Source: Camelus dromedarius (taxonomy: Eukaryota). From it: a stretch of DNA of 64,000 bases. A program made the translations under genes and the position numbers. The notes beneath the pieces were generated by a model. It had not been told where the DNA came from. It made no database searches and worked only from the letters and a program-made list of their open reading frames with translations. Below are positions 62,790 through 64,000 of this stretch, one piece after another. Numbering within the stretch: position 1 is the first letter of the stretch; every line of letters begins with the position of its first letter. The DNA lies in the NCBI RefSeq assembly GCF_036321535.1, contig NC_087436.1:4402001-4466000 (forward strand), in the 5' to 3' direction.

Positions 62790-64000
62790 TCTTTTAAACT
62801 TTATGTTTAAGTCAGGTTTAGGATCACCGCAAAGCTGAAGGGGGGGGGGGTACAGAGATGTTCCCTACAGCCCCTGCTCCCTCTCACGCATAGCCTGCCC
62901 CAGCCCAGCATCCCTCACCAGAATGCAACCACGAATGAACCTACACTGATACATTACAGTCGCCCCAAACCCCTAGTTGATCTTAGGATCCGCTCGTGGT
63001 GCTGAATCTTCTTTGGGGTTAGACAATGTACCGTGATATGTGTCCAACATCATAATCACACAAGGTATTTTCACTGCCCTAAAAGTCCCCTGAATTTTGC
63101 CCATTCAGCTCTCCCCTCCATCACCCCTGGGGACCACTGCCCTTTCCATTACCTCTGTAGCTTTGCCTTTTCCGCAACGTTCTACATTTAGAATCATTAA
63201 CACTTCGCCCCTTCTGTTGGGCTTCTTCGCGGTGTAATACATGTTTAGGGCTCCTCCCTTTCTTTTCGTGGCTCGATAGCTCATTAGCTCATTTCTTTTT
63301 AGTGCTGAATAATATTCCATTGCCTGGATGTGCCAATTTATTCATCCATTGTCCCACTGAAGGACATCTAAGTTGCTTCCAAGTTTTGGCAATTATGAAT
63401 AAATGTTCTATAAACATTTAAAATATTTACATGATGAACATGTGTGTGCAGGTTTTTGTGTGGACATCAGCTTTCAACTCCTTTGAGTAAACACCAAGGA
63501 ATGTAATTGCTGAGTCATGTGTTGAAGAATTACTAGTTTTGTAAGAAACTGCCCCAATGTCTGCCAAGTGGCTGGACCAGCCGTGAGTGAGGGTTCCTGT
63601 TGCTCCCCATCCTTGCCAGCACTTTGTGCTGTCAGTGTTCTGGATTTTGGCCATCCTAATAAGTATATCGTGGCATCTCGTTGTTTTCATTTGCATCCCA
63701 CTGATGACACGCGATCTGGAGCATCTTTCCACGTGCACTTTTTGCCATCTGTACATCTTTTCTGGTGAGGTGTCTTCTACAATTTGGGGCCCATGTTTTA
63801 CTTGCATTGTTTGTTTTCTTGTTGATTTTTAAGAGTTTTTTGTATAGAGTTGGGACAACACTTATTTATCAGATGTGTCTTTTGCAAATATTTTCTCCCA
63901 GTCTACTCTTCTAATTGTCTTGATGTTGTCTTTCACTGAGCAGGGTTTTTAACTTTAATGAAGTCCAGCTTATGGATGATTTTGTTCTTGGGTCAAATCT
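62790..64000 (-). mobile_element. L1MB/MC-type 3' end and ORF2 C-terminus
   Basis: Minus ORFs MEYYSALKRNEL and ..IRMAKIQNTDSTKCWQG..ITFLGVYSKELK..HTKTCTHMFI. Confidence 0.9.

Noticed and set aside
1..64000. CRISPR arrays, prokaryotic operons, rRNA or numt
   Set aside because: No regularly spaced repeat-spacer arrays or such homology; the sequence is mammalian nuclear DNA.

Overview
Mammalian nuclear DNA, very probably camelid (camel/alpaca/llama). It carries a tRNA-derived Vic-1-type SINE and many camelid/artiodactyl-type L1 3' ends. About half the window is interspersed repeats: L1, L2, MIR, MaLR/ERVL/ERV1 LTRs, a degraded ERV1-class provirus and a Tigger MITE. I found no intact protein-coding gene. 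The main hidden structure is a decayed multi-exon gene on the minus strand, about 43.2 kb to 3.4 kb. Hand translation of about 20 candidate exons (about 8 kb in total, several with phase-compatible splice junctions) gives repeated RGS-domain-like motifs resembling the RGS22/RGSL1 family. It is far more divergent and much longer than either gene, with 8 or more RGS-like repeats. I interpret it as a unitary pseudogene of a large third RGS22-family paralog. The family assignment rests on motif recognition against recalled sequences, not on a database search. Repeat subfamily names and most repeat boundaries are approximate.
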